Shown: piece after piece, positions 29,332 through 40,089 of the stretch
Layout: each line of letters starts with the position of its first letter
How positions within the stretch are numbered: the stretch's first letter is position 1
NCBI RefSeq assembly: GCF_004343725.1
Contig: NZ_PTQW01000032.1
Coordinates: forward strand, 9,287-73,286
Reading direction: 5' to 3'
Source of the DNA: Treponema sp. J25
GTDB lineage: Bacteria; Spirochaetota; Spirochaetia; Treponematales; Breznakiellaceae
Length of the DNA stretch: 64,000 nucleotides
Made by a program: the position numbers and the translations under genes
Notes under the pieces: model-generated
What the model saw: the letters and a program-made list of their open reading frames with translations, nothing else
The model's database searches: none
Told to the model about the DNA's origin: nothing

Positions 29332-31299
29332 ATGAATACCCATGCCTTGGAAAAGGTGGCCTTAAGCGTCCGGGCTCTTTCGATGGACGCAATTCAGAAG
29401 GCAAACTCAGGCCATCCCGGCCTTCCGTTAGGAGCAGCTGAACTAGGAGCAGTCTTATACGGCGAAATCCTTAAACATGATCCATCGGATCCCACCTGGC
29501 CCGACCGGGATCGTTTTGTGTTATCCGCCGGCCATGGTTCGATGTTCTTGTATTCCCTGTTGCACCTTAGCGGGTATCCTATCTCTTTGGAGGATATAAA
29601 GAATTTCCGGCAAGTGGGATCTCCCTGTGCAGGTCACCCTGAATACGGCATGGCTCCGGGGATTGAAACTACCACCGGGCCTCTTGGTCAGGGGATCGCT
29701 ACAGCAGTAGGGATGGCCATTGCAGAAACCATGCTTGCCGCCCGCTTTAATACCCCGGACTATACGATTGTGGACCACTACACGTACACCCTGGTAGGCG
29801 ACGGTTGTCTCCAAGAGGGGGTTTCTGCGGAAGCATCTTCCTTAGCAGGGCATCTGGGACTTGGTAAGCTTATCGCCTTTTATGATTCAAATCATATTAC
29901 AATTGATGGTTCTACGGACCTGTCGTTCACCGAAAATGTGGCCAAACGGTATGAGGCCTACGGGTGGCAAGTGCTAGAAGGTTCCATGTATGACCTCGAA
30001 GGGATCCTTTCGCTTGTTCAGCAAGCAAAGCAGGAGACTTCAAAGCCCACCCTTATTATTCTTACCTCTATTATTGGGAAAGGGGCCCCCTCTAAGCAGG
30101 GATCCCACGAAGCCCATGGGGCTCCCCTGGGAACCGAAGAAGTGGCCGCCGCCAAGGCCTACTTAGGAATCCCCGGTGACTTTTACGTAGCCCCTGAGGC
30201 AACTTCATATTTCGCAGAAAAACAAAAGGAATGGAAAAAGGCCCGGGAGAACTGGGAACTTCGCTTTAACGAGTGGTCCAAAAAGTACCCCGATAAACGA
30301 GCCCAGTGGGATGCCTTTTATGCAGGAAAATCTGAAGGGACTCCCTCCTTTCCCTCTTTCAACATAGGGGACAAGGTAGCCACCCGGAGCGCTTCCAACA
30401 AGGCATTGGTAGCGTTCTCAAAGGTTACCCCCAATCTGGTGGGAGGTTCGGCGGATCTGCAGGGTCCCAACGCGGTGGCCATGCCAGAGGCTGGCACCTA
30501 TTCCCGACACAACCGGGCAGGGCGTTACCTCCACTATGGGATTCGTGAATTCGGCATGGCCGCTATTTCCAATGGGTTACAACTCCATGGCGGATTGCGG
30601 GCCTTCTGCGCTACCTTCATGGTATTCTCGGATTATCTCCGGCCGGCCCTGCGACTTTCGGCCTTGATGAAGCAACCGGTGATTTATGTTCTGACCCATG
30701 ATTCAATCTTTGTGGGCGAAGATGGACCTACCCATCAACCTATTGAACACCTGGCAAGTCTCCGGGCTATTCCCAATGTACGGGTCCTCCGGCCGGCAGA
30801 TGCGGAAGAAACCATGGTCGCCTGGGAAATGGCTATGGAACATCGAACAGGACCAACGGTGCTGGCCCTGACTCGTCAGAACGTACTGGTCTTTAAGAAG
30901 GACGATCCCGAATGGAAAAATACGATCCGTACGGGGGCCTATATCGTGCGTCAAACCGAGGGGACCCCGGATGTTACCATCATTGCTACCGGTTCGGAAG
31001 TAGCCATGGCCCTGGCAGCGGCAGACAAACTGGCTCCCAAAAAGGTGCGGGTGGTCTCCATGATCTGCAAAGAACTCTTTGAAAGTCAGCCCGCGGTACT
31101 CCAGAACAGCATCGTACCGCCGGGGGTACGAACCGTAGTGTGTGAAGCGGCCTGCCATCTCGGCTGGGAAGGCTGGGCAAAGCGGGAAGATATCCTTTCA
31201 ATTGATCGTTTTGGCGAATCTGGACCGGGAGATAAGGTGGCCCACCATCTGGGCTTTACGGTGGATGCCCTGGTGGCCCTGATTCAACGAGGGCTGTAA
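29332..31299 (+). CDS. tkt: Transketolase
   Basis: ThDP-binding motifs (…SGHPG…GHGS…GPLGQGIATAVGMA…GDGCLQEG…); length 655 aa. Confidence 0.9.
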   Translation: MNTHALEKVALSVRALSMDAIQKANSGHPGLPLGAAELGAVLYGEILKHDPSDPTWPDRDRFVLSAGHGSMFLYSLLHLSGYPISLEDIKNFRQVGSPCAGHPEYGMAPGIETTTGPLGQGIATAVGMAIAETMLAARFNTPDYTIVDHYTYTLVGDGCLQEGVSAEASSLAGHLGLGKLIAFYDSNHITIDGSTDLSFTENVAKRYEAYGWQVLEGSMYDLEGILSLVQQAKQETSKPTLIILTSIIGKGAPSKQGSHEAHGAPLGTEEVAAAKAYLGIPGDFYVAPEATSYFAEKQKEWKKARENWELRFNEWSKKYPDKRAQWDAFYAGKSEGTPSFPSFNIGDKVATRSASNKALVAFSKVTPNLVGGSADLQGPNAVAMPEAGTYSRHNRAGRYLHYGIREFGMAAISNGLQLHGGLRAFCATFMVFSDYLRPALRLSALMKQPVIYVLTHDSIFVGEDGPTHQPIEHLASLRAIPNVRVLRPADAEETMVAWEMAMEHRTGPTVLALTRQNVLVFKKDDPEWKNTIRTGAYIVRQTEGTPDVTIIATGSEVAMALAAADKLAPKKVRVVSMICKELFESQPAVLQNSIVPPGVRTVVCEAACHLGWEGWAKREDILSIDRFGESGPGDKVAHHLGFTVDALVALIQRGL

Positions 31300-32150
31300 T
31301 GGGGAACCGGTCCTCGAGAAAGCTTCGGCAAAGGTCTCTCCCTTTCCCGTTGCAGAGCCCTATCGAGGGAGATAGCTACCATACGCCGGAAGGGATTCCC
31401 CGGGCGTTGAGGGAATATTTTCTCCTGGGTTCCCGGTGGAGTCCTTATAGTTTTTTCATCGCCTCGGTTCTTCGGTATCGGACCTTTGCTCTCGAGGGCC
31501 GCTATAGTCACGAACTGTTTGCCCATAGTTCCCTTGAACTCATGCACAATCTGGAACGGTGTGGGGCCCGTTTTAGCATTCAGGGGCTTGATCACCTGCG
31601 AAGGGTACCGGGCCCCCTGGTGCTCGTGGCCAATCACATGAGCACCCTGGAAACAACCCTTTTGCCGGGGCTTATTACCCCCATCAAGCCCGTAACCTTT
31701 GTGGTAAAAGAGTCGCTCCTGCGGGGATTTTTCTGGGGACCTATCATGCGATCCCGGGATCCCATTCCGGTAACCCGACGGGATCCCCGTCAGGACCTCG
31801 AGACGGTTTTGAATGAAGGGGTAAAGCGGCTCCAAGAGGGAATTTCGATAATTATCTTCCCCCAAGGCACAAGAAGTGAAGTGTTTGATCCCCGCTCTTT
31901 TAACAGCCTGGGGGTAAAGCTTGCCTCCCGCGCCGGTGTCCCCTTGATGCCCGTGGCCCTAAAAACCGACTTCTGGGGGAATGGCAAAGTCTTCCGTCCC
32001 TTCGGGGCTGTCCACCGGGATAGGATAATCCACATTGCCTTGGGGGAAGCCCTTCCAGTATCTGGCAGGGGAAAAGCCGAACATGAGGCGTGCCTTGCGT
32101 TCATTACGGGACGCCTTAAAGAATGGGGCGCGTCAATAGTCGTGGAGTAA
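31299..32150 (+). CDS. 1-acyl-sn-glycerol-3-phosphate acyltransferase family (PlsC/LPLAT)
   Basis: HX4D-type acyltransferase motifs are present (VANHMSTLE…FPQGTRS). The start codon overlaps the tkt stop codon. Confidence 0.75.
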   Translation: MGNRSSRKLRQRSLPFPLQSPIEGDSYHTPEGIPRALREYFLLGSRWSPYSFFIASVLRYRTFALEGRYSHELFAHSSLELMHNLERCGARFSIQGLDHLRRVPGPLVLVANHMSTLETTLLPGLITPIKPVTFVVKESLLRGFFWGPIMRSRDPIPVTRRDPRQDLETVLNEGVKRLQEGISIIIFPQGTRSEVFDPRSFNSLGVKLASRAGVPLMPVALKTDFWGNGKVFRPFGAVHRDRIIHIALGEALPVSGRGKAEHEACLAFITGRLKEWGASIVVE

Positions 32151-32375
32151 CAACAGGGGAAGGGGAACCTATTCTGGGCCCCCTTCCCTTTCCATGAAAC
32201 ACCTCAGGACAGGGAAAAGCCCCAAGAGGGAAGTTCTCCAAGAGAGGCAGGTTTTTCCCGGGTTTTCTCTAACGACATTTATCTAATTTCTAACAAATCT
32301 CTAAAAACTCCAAAAAGTATAATTTTGAAAAATCCCATTGAAAGGGGTATAATAGAAAATACCCTAAGAGGACCT

Positions 32376-33548
32376 ATGATGCCCCGGAAACCTGTGAAAT
32401 TGATGTTACTTGGATGTCTATGTTTTGTGCTACCCCTATGGCAGGGTGGGGCTGAATCTTTCTTTTTACAGACCCTGCGCCCCAAAGATGCCCGTACCAT
32501 GGCCCTGGGGGGAACCTACGGCACGACTTCCCGGGGCTACGGAACTTTATACGGAAATCCCGCGGGGTTCTCGCTGGGGAAAGCTCAGTTTGCAACCTTC
32601 TCTTCCCTGTGGATATATGCCCCGCTGTCAGAAAAAAACATACACACCCTCCTTGGTTCTGGGTCAAAAGAAGAAAATCTACATACCCTGGAAGAGGTTC
32701 TCCTGAGCAATGGTTTTGGCGGAGGCGCTCTGGTAGGGTTGGGAATAAGCGGGAATAACCTTGGACTTGGAATAACTTTGATTACCGACAATTATGGGAA
32801 AGGAGAGGCAGGAGAACAGGATACTTCATTTTATTCGCAAACCCAGGGGAACCTTATCATCGGTATGGCAGTACCCTTGACCGTAGGGTCAGCAATCCTT
32901 GCTATTGGGGGAGATATTCGTCCCTTCTTTCGAATAGAAGGGAGCACATCGGTCACGGGGGTTATCCAGGACCTTGTGTCAGGGGGTATCTCCCAGATTG
33001 TCATGGGGATGCTGGATAAAGAAGCCCGTTTTGGGGTGGGGCTCGCCCTTGATCTGGGGTTGCTGGTCCAGTTTGACCGGTTTGAGATGGGGCTTACTGT
33101 TCGGGATATAGGGTTTCCTTTTCCCATGGGAACGGTGACTTACCAGGAGACCCTGCAGTCCTTCGCATCCCTCTCCCTTCCCCGAAACAAAGGTTCCCTC
33201 ACCGATTCGGCACAGCCTATCCCTGAGGTAAACCTGGGATTCCGCTGGGCCCCCTATGGGGTACCAGGCATTCTGGAGCCCCTCTTGCTTCTGGAAATCC
33301 AGGATCCTATTCCGGTATTCATGGATGGGGCTTCCTGGTGGAATCTTCTTCACCTGGGGCTGGAAGTAAAAACCCTTTCTTTCCTTTCGCTACGAACCGG
33401 ATTTAACAAGGGCTGGATTTCCGGCGGTCTAGCCCTTAATCTTGCCTTTTGTACGATCGAAGGGGCCATTTTTACCGAAGAACTGGGGCTTCAATGGGGT
33501 TCCCAGCCCCGCAGAGGTTTTTCTCTCACCGCGGCGCTCCACTTCTAA
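32376..33548 (+). CDS. Hypothetical secreted/outer-membrane Gly-rich protein
   Basis: The signal peptide MMPRKPVKLMLLGCLCFVLPLWQG begins at an internal Met of ORF 32325-33548. The Gly-rich composition is β-barrel-like. Confidence 0.4.
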   Translation: MMPRKPVKLMLLGCLCFVLPLWQGGAESFFLQTLRPKDARTMALGGTYGTTSRGYGTLYGNPAGFSLGKAQFATFSSLWIYAPLSEKNIHTLLGSGSKEENLHTLEEVLLSNGFGGGALVGLGISGNNLGLGITLITDNYGKGEAGEQDTSFYSQTQGNLIIGMAVPLTVGSAILAIGGDIRPFFRIEGSTSVTGVIQDLVSGGISQIVMGMLDKEARFGVGLALDLGLLVQFDRFEMGLTVRDIGFPFPMGTVTYQETLQSFASLSLPRNKGSLTDSAQPIPEVNLGFRWAPYGVPGILEPLLLLEIQDPIPVFMDGASWWNLLHLGLEVKTLSFLSLRTGFNKGWISGGLALNLAFCTIEGAIFTEELGLQWGSQPRRGFSLTAALHF

Positions 33549-33847
33549 GCACCCACTGTCATGGCCCGTTGGGGCTGGATTAATAGGAGCGGGGAGCGAG
33601 GGTGTACAGCAGGCGGTTCTCACATTGCCCGGTTTCATTTACTCCAGTACGAAATTGGAAGCGGCTTTATTCCATCCTACGGGAACAAGCGGCAGGAGGG
33701 GCTTTCGGGCCGCTTAAGGAAATAACACATAGAGGGCAATAAGAGGGGTCCCAGATAGCTTTCAGGGAAATCGAGGTGAAGGGGTCATCCCCATCCCAAG
33801 CCACAGTTCCCGGCTTTCACCTACCATAAGGAGCCCACCGAGAGGGC

Positions 33848-34765
33848 CTATCCATGGTAATCAAAACTATCAGGGAACTCGGGATGGGCATCGGTACTGA
33901 TATCTCCCGGCATAGTCCGCAGGGCCTCAATGTAGGGATAGGTAGCAAAAAAGGCCTGCCAGCTTGAGGGGGCAATGAGGTTCAAATTGCCCAGGGCCCG
34001 CTGAGAAAGCCGCCTTTCCACATCGGCTGGGGTAAGCACCGCTGGGTCAAGCTGGGGAGAGCAAATCGCAAAGGACCAGAGGCTTCCGTACATACGAACA
34101 TAGGTATAGGCCGGCCGTACCACAGAAAACACCGCCGATAGGGTCCGGTGAATTCGCCCAAAGGCCAGTGGGCGTGTTTCTGGCGACTCGCTATGCATTA
34201 CAAAAAAAGAGTTACCGTCTTTTAAAAGCCGGGAGACAAGACTGAAAAACTCTTTTGTGTATAAAAAAAGGGATGGCCCCATGGGGTCGGTCATGTCCAT
34301 GATAACCCCATCATACTGGCCGGTACAGGTTTCCACGAAATGCCGGCCATCCTGGAAGAAAAGCTCCACCCGGGGATCCTCGAAGGCCCCGCCGTTTAAA
34401 TGGGGAAGATACTGGCGGGAAAAACGAACCACCTCTTCATCAAGCTCAACAAAATCTACCCGCTCTACCGTGGGGTGACGGAGCACTTCCCGCAGGATTC
34501 CCCCATCGCCTCCCCCAATGATAAGGATACGGCGGGGTTCAGGGTGGGCAAGCATGGCGAGGTGTACCATGGGCTCATGGTACTGGAACTCGTTCTTTTC
34601 CATAACCTGGGTTGCCCCATCTAAGAGGAGGACCGTGCCAAACTCCTGGGAACGAACCACCTCTATTTCTTGATAGGCCGTTGCACCTTTTTGGAGCGTT
34701 TCTTCTACTTCATAGAACCAGCCACTCGACAGGCTGAGCCGTTCCATAATACGCCGTTTTTGCAC
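33848..34765 (-). CDS. speE: Polyamine aminopropyltransferase (spermidine synthase)
   Basis: …ILIIGGGDGGILREV…VELDEEVV…DGVIMDMTDP… core motifs. Confidence 0.85.
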   Translation of the reverse strand: MQKRRIMERLSLSSGWFYEVEETLQKGATAYQEIEVVRSQEFGTVLLLDGATQVMEKNEFQYHEPMVHLAMLAHPEPRRILIIGGGDGGILREVLRHPTVERVDFVELDEEVVRFSRQYLPHLNGGAFEDPRVELFFQDGRHFVETCTGQYDGVIMDMTDPMGPSLFLYTKEFFSLVSRLLKDGNSFFVMHSESPETRPLAFGRIHRTLSAVFSVVRPAYTYVRMYGSLWSFAICSPQLDPAVLTPADVERRLSQRALGNLNLIAPSSWQAFFATYPYIEALRTMPGDISTDAHPEFPDSFDYHG

Positions 34766-34921
34766 AAACTACCCCTTTCGCACCAAAGCGATTGTACCCC
34801 CGAGATCTCTATCAGCTTGATTGGCTGTTGGGCCTTCCCCCAACAAATCCTGGGCGGCTACAACCTCGCCCTCGGCTTCTTCCGATTTAGTCCCCTCTTA
34901 AACCGCCGTGGAGACCCCTTC

Positions 34922-35755
34922 CTAGAAGTTTTCGCACTCAAAAATCTCCTGCATTTCTTTTTTCAAAAGATCCCGAATGCGTTTGCGTTCTTCCTGGTCC
35001 AGGTCTTCAATGTCGGGGCCAAAAAGATAGTCGTTGAGTTTTATTTCTTTCTTTCGCATCTTTGTATGGAAAATATTATCCGAGAGGATATTGATATCAT
35101 ACACGAGGTAATCCGCCAGGATGTCCTCATCTATAAAGTCTTGAATAGATGAAATATCATGATCGATAAAGATCTTTTGCCCCTTGGTATCCCGCGTAAA
35201 ACCCCGTACCCGGTAATCGATAAGCACCACATCCGAATCAAAACAATCGATAAGGTAATGAAGGGCCCGAAGGGGACTGATCATCCCACAGGTAGATACA
35301 TCAATATCTACCCGAAAGGTAGCAATTCCCGTAGCGGTATCAAATTCGGGATACGTGTGGGCGGTGATATGACTTTTATCGAGATGTCCAACCACACTCG
35401 CCTCTGGAAGAGGAGGAGCTATCTGATTTACACCATGGCTACCATAGGACTGATGGGTAACCGCCGGGGTCAAAATAGGGTGATCCTCATTGATAAGGGC
35501 CACCACACTTGCCCCTCGGGGATCATAATCCTGGGTAGTGATACTAACAAGCTTGGCATCAATAATACGGGTTACCTCTTCGATAATGTTTTTAAGCCGT
35601 TCCGAATCATATTCTTTATCAATATATTCCAGATACTCAATCTGGGACTGGTGAGAACGGGCATAACAGACATCGTAAATGTTAAAACTCAGTGATTTAG
35701 TCAGGTTATTAAAACCTTCAAGCCTGACTTTCCGGCCCCGGACGTGTTTTAGCAC
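34922..35755 (-). CDS. speD: S-adenosylmethionine decarboxylase proenzyme (E. coli SpeD type)
   Basis: …LEGFNNLTKSLSFNIYDVCYA…QDYDPRGASV… aligns closely to the E. coli SpeD N-terminus, including the serine cleavage region. It is adjacent to speE. Confidence 0.85.
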   Translation of the reverse strand: MLKHVRGRKVRLEGFNNLTKSLSFNIYDVCYARSHQSQIEYLEYIDKEYDSERLKNIIEEVTRIIDAKLVSITTQDYDPRGASVVALINEDHPILTPAVTHQSYGSHGVNQIAPPLPEASVVGHLDKSHITAHTYPEFDTATGIATFRVDIDVSTCGMISPLRALHYLIDCFDSDVVLIDYRVRGFTRDTKGQKIFIDHDISSIQDFIDEDILADYLVYDINILSDNIFHTKMRKKEIKLNDYLFGPDIEDLDQEERKRIRDLLKKEMQEIFECENF

Positions 35756-35973
35756 TTCGGTGTCGTCCTCCTTGTCTTGCTGGATAAAACCTTATCATGG
35801 TACAAAAAACATCCCCCGTCAATACCTTAAAAGCTCCTGATAAACAAGAACTTCTACTAATGCTAAGTAGCACAAAGTTGCGAAAATTTAGAGATATTGG
35901 AGATTTTCCTGTTTACTCAGGCATAGCTTTTATGATATAGTATTTTATATATTCTAAAGTGTGATATAGGTTC

Positions 35974-37674
35974 ATGGTAAAAGAAAACGACTCGGAAAAG
36001 TCTACTGCAGCGATTATCGATCTTCTTCTAGAATTAGACTGGTATGAATGGGATCCCCGGCTCTACTATCACCGATTACTCGAAGTGGTGCTCTCCATCA
36101 TCCCTGAAGCTTCTAGTGGAACAGTAAGCATCCGAAACCCCGAACGATGGGAATTTGTGGCCTCCATAGGGCATGAAATGCCTAAGCTCCTCTCCCTCCA
36201 GTTGGACCCTCGCTGGTGGGTCCCTTTACACGGGGTTCGACTGGTAGGCAGTTTACTGGAATGTCTTTCGCTGGCAACCCCTCATGAAAGCCAGCGGGCC
36301 CTTCAAGAATGTTTTGGCCCCGCAGGGAAAACCCTAGTGGGAGCCTATCAATTAGACAACGATGAGGAAATCATTCTTACCGTTGAAAGTACCAATAAAA
36401 AGGACAGCGGGGCCTTTGCCCCAAGCCATATTCGTACCTTTGAGGCCTTTCTTAAATTAGCGGGTAAGTACCAGAGCATCACCCTGCAAAAAATGGCGCT
36501 GGAAAACGTCCACGAATCCCTCGTGTGTAGTTATGAGGAAATATCTACCCTTTCTACCAAGATTCGGGAACTTCTATCCCTTTCTCAGCAATTTGGGGAC
36601 AGTTCCGTAAAACTTTCAATGTTCTTTAAACAGCTCTTGCTGGTTCTTTTTAAACTGGTAGATGGGATTGATTATGGAAGCATCGCCTTAATCAAAGGAG
36701 AGCGCATTTCCTTTATTTCCGCCCGGGGCCATCGTCTTAAAGAGTTGAATCAGCGGTATCTTAAAAAACAGTGGTTCCTCCTGGAAGAACAAAAGACCAT
36801 GCTGGAAATTCAGCACCTGCACCAGATATGGAAAGTGAAAATGCCCCCGGAAGTGTATACCGAAATACAACGGGTATTCCTGCCTACCGAATCTACTTTG
36901 ATGTTAACCGTGCCCGTAGATAACCGGATAAGCCTGCTTTTTATGCTCGACATTGCGGCGGGGAAAAAAGGACGCTTCACAAACCTGACCAAACGGATGT
37001 GCCTTTCCTTTGCGGAACTTGCCCGGGGTTTTGTAAGCCTTCGGGTCCAGGCGGAACTTACCCAACACGCCTACTATACCTTTTCCCAGAAGCTGGCCCG
37101 GGTAGTAGAACAGTACGACCCTGAAACAGGGGCCCACAATTACCGGGTCTCCCTTTTATCGGAATACCTGGCCCGTAAAATGGGGCTTTCCCCTAAACGG
37201 TGCGAAGAGATAGGTCGCTATGCGGGACTACATGATATCGGCAAAATTTTTATCGATTCCGTCATCCTTCGAAAGGAAGGGCCCCTTACTGCCCAGGAAT
37301 TCGATACGGTAAAACAGCATACCACCTTTTCCCAGGAACTCCTGGAAGGCTCCTTTTTCGAAGTGGCCCGCAACATTGCCATGTACCACCATGAACGCTG
37401 GGATGGAAAGGGCTATCCCCTGGGCTTACGGGGAAACCAGATACCCATTGAGGCGCAAATTGTGGCCCTTGCCGATGTATACGACGCCCTTCGTTCCAGT
37501 CGGGTGTATAAGCGGCCCTATACAAAAGAAGAGGCCCTGCGCATCCTGATAGAAGGGGACGAACGGGACCTGCGGGGCCAGTTCAATCCTCACCTGCTTA
37601 AGATTTTTCTGGACCACATTGAAGAAATCGAATGCACCATTTATAAACACTGCCCTGAAGGGGCTGCCTTCTAA
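35974..37674 (+). CDS. HD-GYP domain c-di-GMP phosphodiesterase with an N-terminal GAF-like sensor region
   Basis: HD…HHERWDGKGYP…ADVYDAL motifs. Confidence 0.85.
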   Translation: MVKENDSEKSTAAIIDLLLELDWYEWDPRLYYHRLLEVVLSIIPEASSGTVSIRNPERWEFVASIGHEMPKLLSLQLDPRWWVPLHGVRLVGSLLECLSLATPHESQRALQECFGPAGKTLVGAYQLDNDEEIILTVESTNKKDSGAFAPSHIRTFEAFLKLAGKYQSITLQKMALENVHESLVCSYEEISTLSTKIRELLSLSQQFGDSSVKLSMFFKQLLLVLFKLVDGIDYGSIALIKGERISFISARGHRLKELNQRYLKKQWFLLEEQKTMLEIQHLHQIWKVKMPPEVYTEIQRVFLPTESTLMLTVPVDNRISLLFMLDIAAGKKGRFTNLTKRMCLSFAELARGFVSLRVQAELTQHAYYTFSQKLARVVEQYDPETGAHNYRVSLLSEYLARKMGLSPKRCEEIGRYAGLHDIGKIFIDSVILRKEGPLTAQEFDTVKQHTTFSQELLEGSFFEVARNIAMYHHERWDGKGYPLGLRGNQIPIEAQIVALADVYDALRSSRVYKRPYTKEEALRILIEGDERDLRGQFNPHLLKIFLDHIEEIECTIYKHCPEGAAF

Positions 37675-37793
37675 GCGCTGGTATGTTCAAGGGGCGCCGC
37701 ATGATACGTTTTGGCGCCGTTCCCGGAGCTATACGGCAGTGGTTTGGATGCCGCCCCTTTTACAAAAATAGCCGAGCAGGTATACTTTAGGCC

Positions 37794-39764
37794 ATGGCTT
37801 ATGAAGTTACCGCCAATCGGCGAAGACCAAAAACCTTCGATGAACTTGCAGGGCAGGAATTTGTGGTGGCCACCCTTAAAAGCGCCATCCAGTCGGGACG
37901 TATTGCCCATGCGTACCTTTTTTCGGGCCCCCGGGGATGCGGAAAAACCAGCGCGGCCCGTATTCTAGCCCGCTCCTTAAACTGCGAAAAGGGTCCCACC
38001 CCTACCCCCTGTGGGGTCTGTACAAACTGCCAGGAAATTGCCCGCGGAACAAGCCTCGATGTTATAGAAATCGATGGGGCCAGCAACACCAGCGTAAACG
38101 ATGTGCGCCAAATAAAGGATGAGGTGCTTTTCCCCCCCAACAGCGGGCGATACAAGGTGTACATTATCGACGAAGTACACATGTTGTCGAACAGCGCCTT
38201 TAATGCCCTTCTAAAAACCATCGAAGAACCGCCACCGTACATCATCTTTATCTTTGCCACCACCGAACTCCATAAGGTACCGGCTACTATCAAGAGTCGC
38301 TGTCAGCAGTTTAACTTTCGGCTCATACCCATCGATACGATTAAATCGATTCTGAAAGAAACCTGCGAAGAGATGGGTATCCAGGCAGAGGAGGAAGCCC
38401 TTTTCTGGATTGCCAAAGAATCCACCGGCAGTCTCCGGGATGCCTACACCCTCTTTGACCAGGTAGTGGCTTTTTCGGAGGGTTTTCTCAGGACCGAGCT
38501 TATCAGGGAAAAGCTCGGACTTGTCGGCTTTGATGCGGTTAACAGTCTTGCCGAGGCCTGTGTGGCAGAAAATTCTCAGGAGGCCCTTTCCCAGTTGGAC
38601 CACATCATCGAACGGGGTGTTTCCATCGAACAATGCATCACCGATTTGGCCCATTACTATCGAAGTATCCTTCTACTTAAAAATGGCATTACCAAAGATA
38701 GCCTCTTGGGTTACAGCGCAGAACGGTTTTCGCAAAGGGTAATCAACGAGTTAACTACACCGCAGGTAGAACAGGCCCTGGAACTTCTGTTGCAGGCGTA
38801 TCGCAACATCCGGTACACCCTATCTCCCCGTTTTGAGCTTGAACGGGTAATCTCTCAACTCTGCTGGCTTAAACGGTGGATTTCTCCTGAGGAACTTTCC
38901 CAGTCCCTGGAAAGGGTAAAGGAGTTTCTGATAAACCCTAAGGAGGGTGTCCGCGGAACGCAGGGAGGAAACCCGCCGACACCCTCTGGAAGTTTCTCTG
39001 TTCCTCCGCAAAAAAGCGGGTTGCAACAAAGCGGGGCCCCGAAGGGGATGTGTTCCGCAAAAGACAGTAGCCGCCAACAAAGCGGGGTTCCCGGCGGGGC
39101 GGTTTCTGACAAACCCACTAGTCCTGTAGCTCATACCACGGACACGGAGAACATCACCCCAAAAAGCTCCCCCGGGACCAATACGCCACCGGAATACGGG
39201 AGAGAACCCTTTTCCCTGAGTGAAGAGTTTAAACGTATGATGGCCGAGCGGGCCCAATCGGAAAAGCCCCTCGGTGTCCAGAGGGAAATTCGGGAAGAAA
39301 CAATCGGTCAGGCCAGGGGGGGCCCGCAACCATCTACTGGCCAGCAAACCAATGGAGGAATACCATCTTTCCAGCAAGAGGAACAAGAAAAGCCAGGTGC
39401 TGGGAGGATTGCCCCCTCAGTAGTCCCTCAAAATCTGGACATCCCTATCCTTAAAGAAAAATGCATTTCCCTCTTAAAACACGAACGGGGGCTTCTGGCT
39501 TCCAGTTTGGAGAAAACCGCTCCCTGGACTCTCGAAGGGAGCAAGCTCTCTGTCCCCGTACAGGATACGCTCACGGGCGAACTTATCCGAAAAGACATGC
39601 CCATCCTTTCCCAGACCTTGCACAAACTGGGCCTTACGGGTATAGAAATACATGTTACTATAAGCGATGCCCCCCCCTCCGAAAAAAAGGGGGAAAAGGA
39701 AATTCCACCGGAGGTAGAAATGGTTCGCCGACTTTTCCGGGGAACCATTGTAACACTAGGATAA
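37794..39764 (+). CDS. dnaX: DNA polymerase III subunits gamma/tau
   Basis: AAA+ clamp-loader motifs (GPRGCGKTS, zinc module CGVCTNC, SRC motif). The conserved dnaX-ybaB-recR order follows. Confidence 0.9.
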   Translation: MAYEVTANRRRPKTFDELAGQEFVVATLKSAIQSGRIAHAYLFSGPRGCGKTSAARILARSLNCEKGPTPTPCGVCTNCQEIARGTSLDVIEIDGASNTSVNDVRQIKDEVLFPPNSGRYKVYIIDEVHMLSNSAFNALLKTIEEPPPYIIFIFATTELHKVPATIKSRCQQFNFRLIPIDTIKSILKETCEEMGIQAEEEALFWIAKESTGSLRDAYTLFDQVVAFSEGFLRTELIREKLGLVGFDAVNSLAEACVAENSQEALSQLDHIIERGVSIEQCITDLAHYYRSILLLKNGITKDSLLGYSAERFSQRVINELTTPQVEQALELLLQAYRNIRYTLSPRFELERVISQLCWLKRWISPEELSQSLERVKEFLINPKEGVRGTQGGNPPTPSGSFSVPPQKSGLQQSGAPKGMCSAKDSSRQQSGVPGGAVSDKPTSPVAHTTDTENITPKSSPGTNTPPEYGREPFSLSEEFKRMMAERAQSEKPLGVQREIREETIGQARGGPQPSTGQQTNGGIPSFQQEEQEKPGAGRIAPSVVPQNLDIPILKEKCISLLKHERGLLASSLEKTAPWTLEGSKLSVPVQDTLTGELIRKDMPILSQTLHKLGLTGIEIHVTISDAPPSEKKGEKEIPPEVEMVRRLFRGTIVTLG

Positions 39765-39768
39765 CCCT

Positions 39769-40089
39769 ATGAATCCCTTTGATGCTTTAAAAGTCGCCCA
39801 GAAGCTCCAGGAACAAATGGCCGATATGCAAGAAAAACTGGGGAAGACGGTCTGTACCGGCAGTGCCGGGGGCGGCATGGTCCAAATTGATATGAATGGA
39901 AAGATGGAAGTTCTCGCGGTTCGGATAGCCCCCGAAACACTCACTGAAGTCGATAGGGAGCTATTGCAGGACCTTATTAAGGCGGCCTTCTCGGATGCGA
40001 CAGAAAAAGTCCGGCAACAACTACAAACCGAAATGGGTTCCCTTATGGGCGCCCTGGGTCTTCCACCGGGTATGTGGGGTCTGGGATGA
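39769..40089 (+). CDS. ybaB: Nucleoid-associated protein YbaB/EbfC
   Basis: 106 aa lying between dnaX and recR, with a typical N-terminus (MNPFDALKVAQKLQEQM…). Confidence 0.85.
   Translation: MNPFDALKVAQKLQEQMADMQEKLGKTVCTGSAGGGMVQIDMNGKMEVLAVRIAPETLTEVDRELLQDLIKAAFSDATEKVRQQLQTEMGSLMGALGLPPGMWGLG

Noticed and set aside
33442-33717. 91-aa ORF in the convergent gap between the Gly-rich OMP-like gene and speE
   Set aside because: It overlaps the 3' end of the upstream gene, has no ribosome-binding site or motif, and the region more likely contains terminators.
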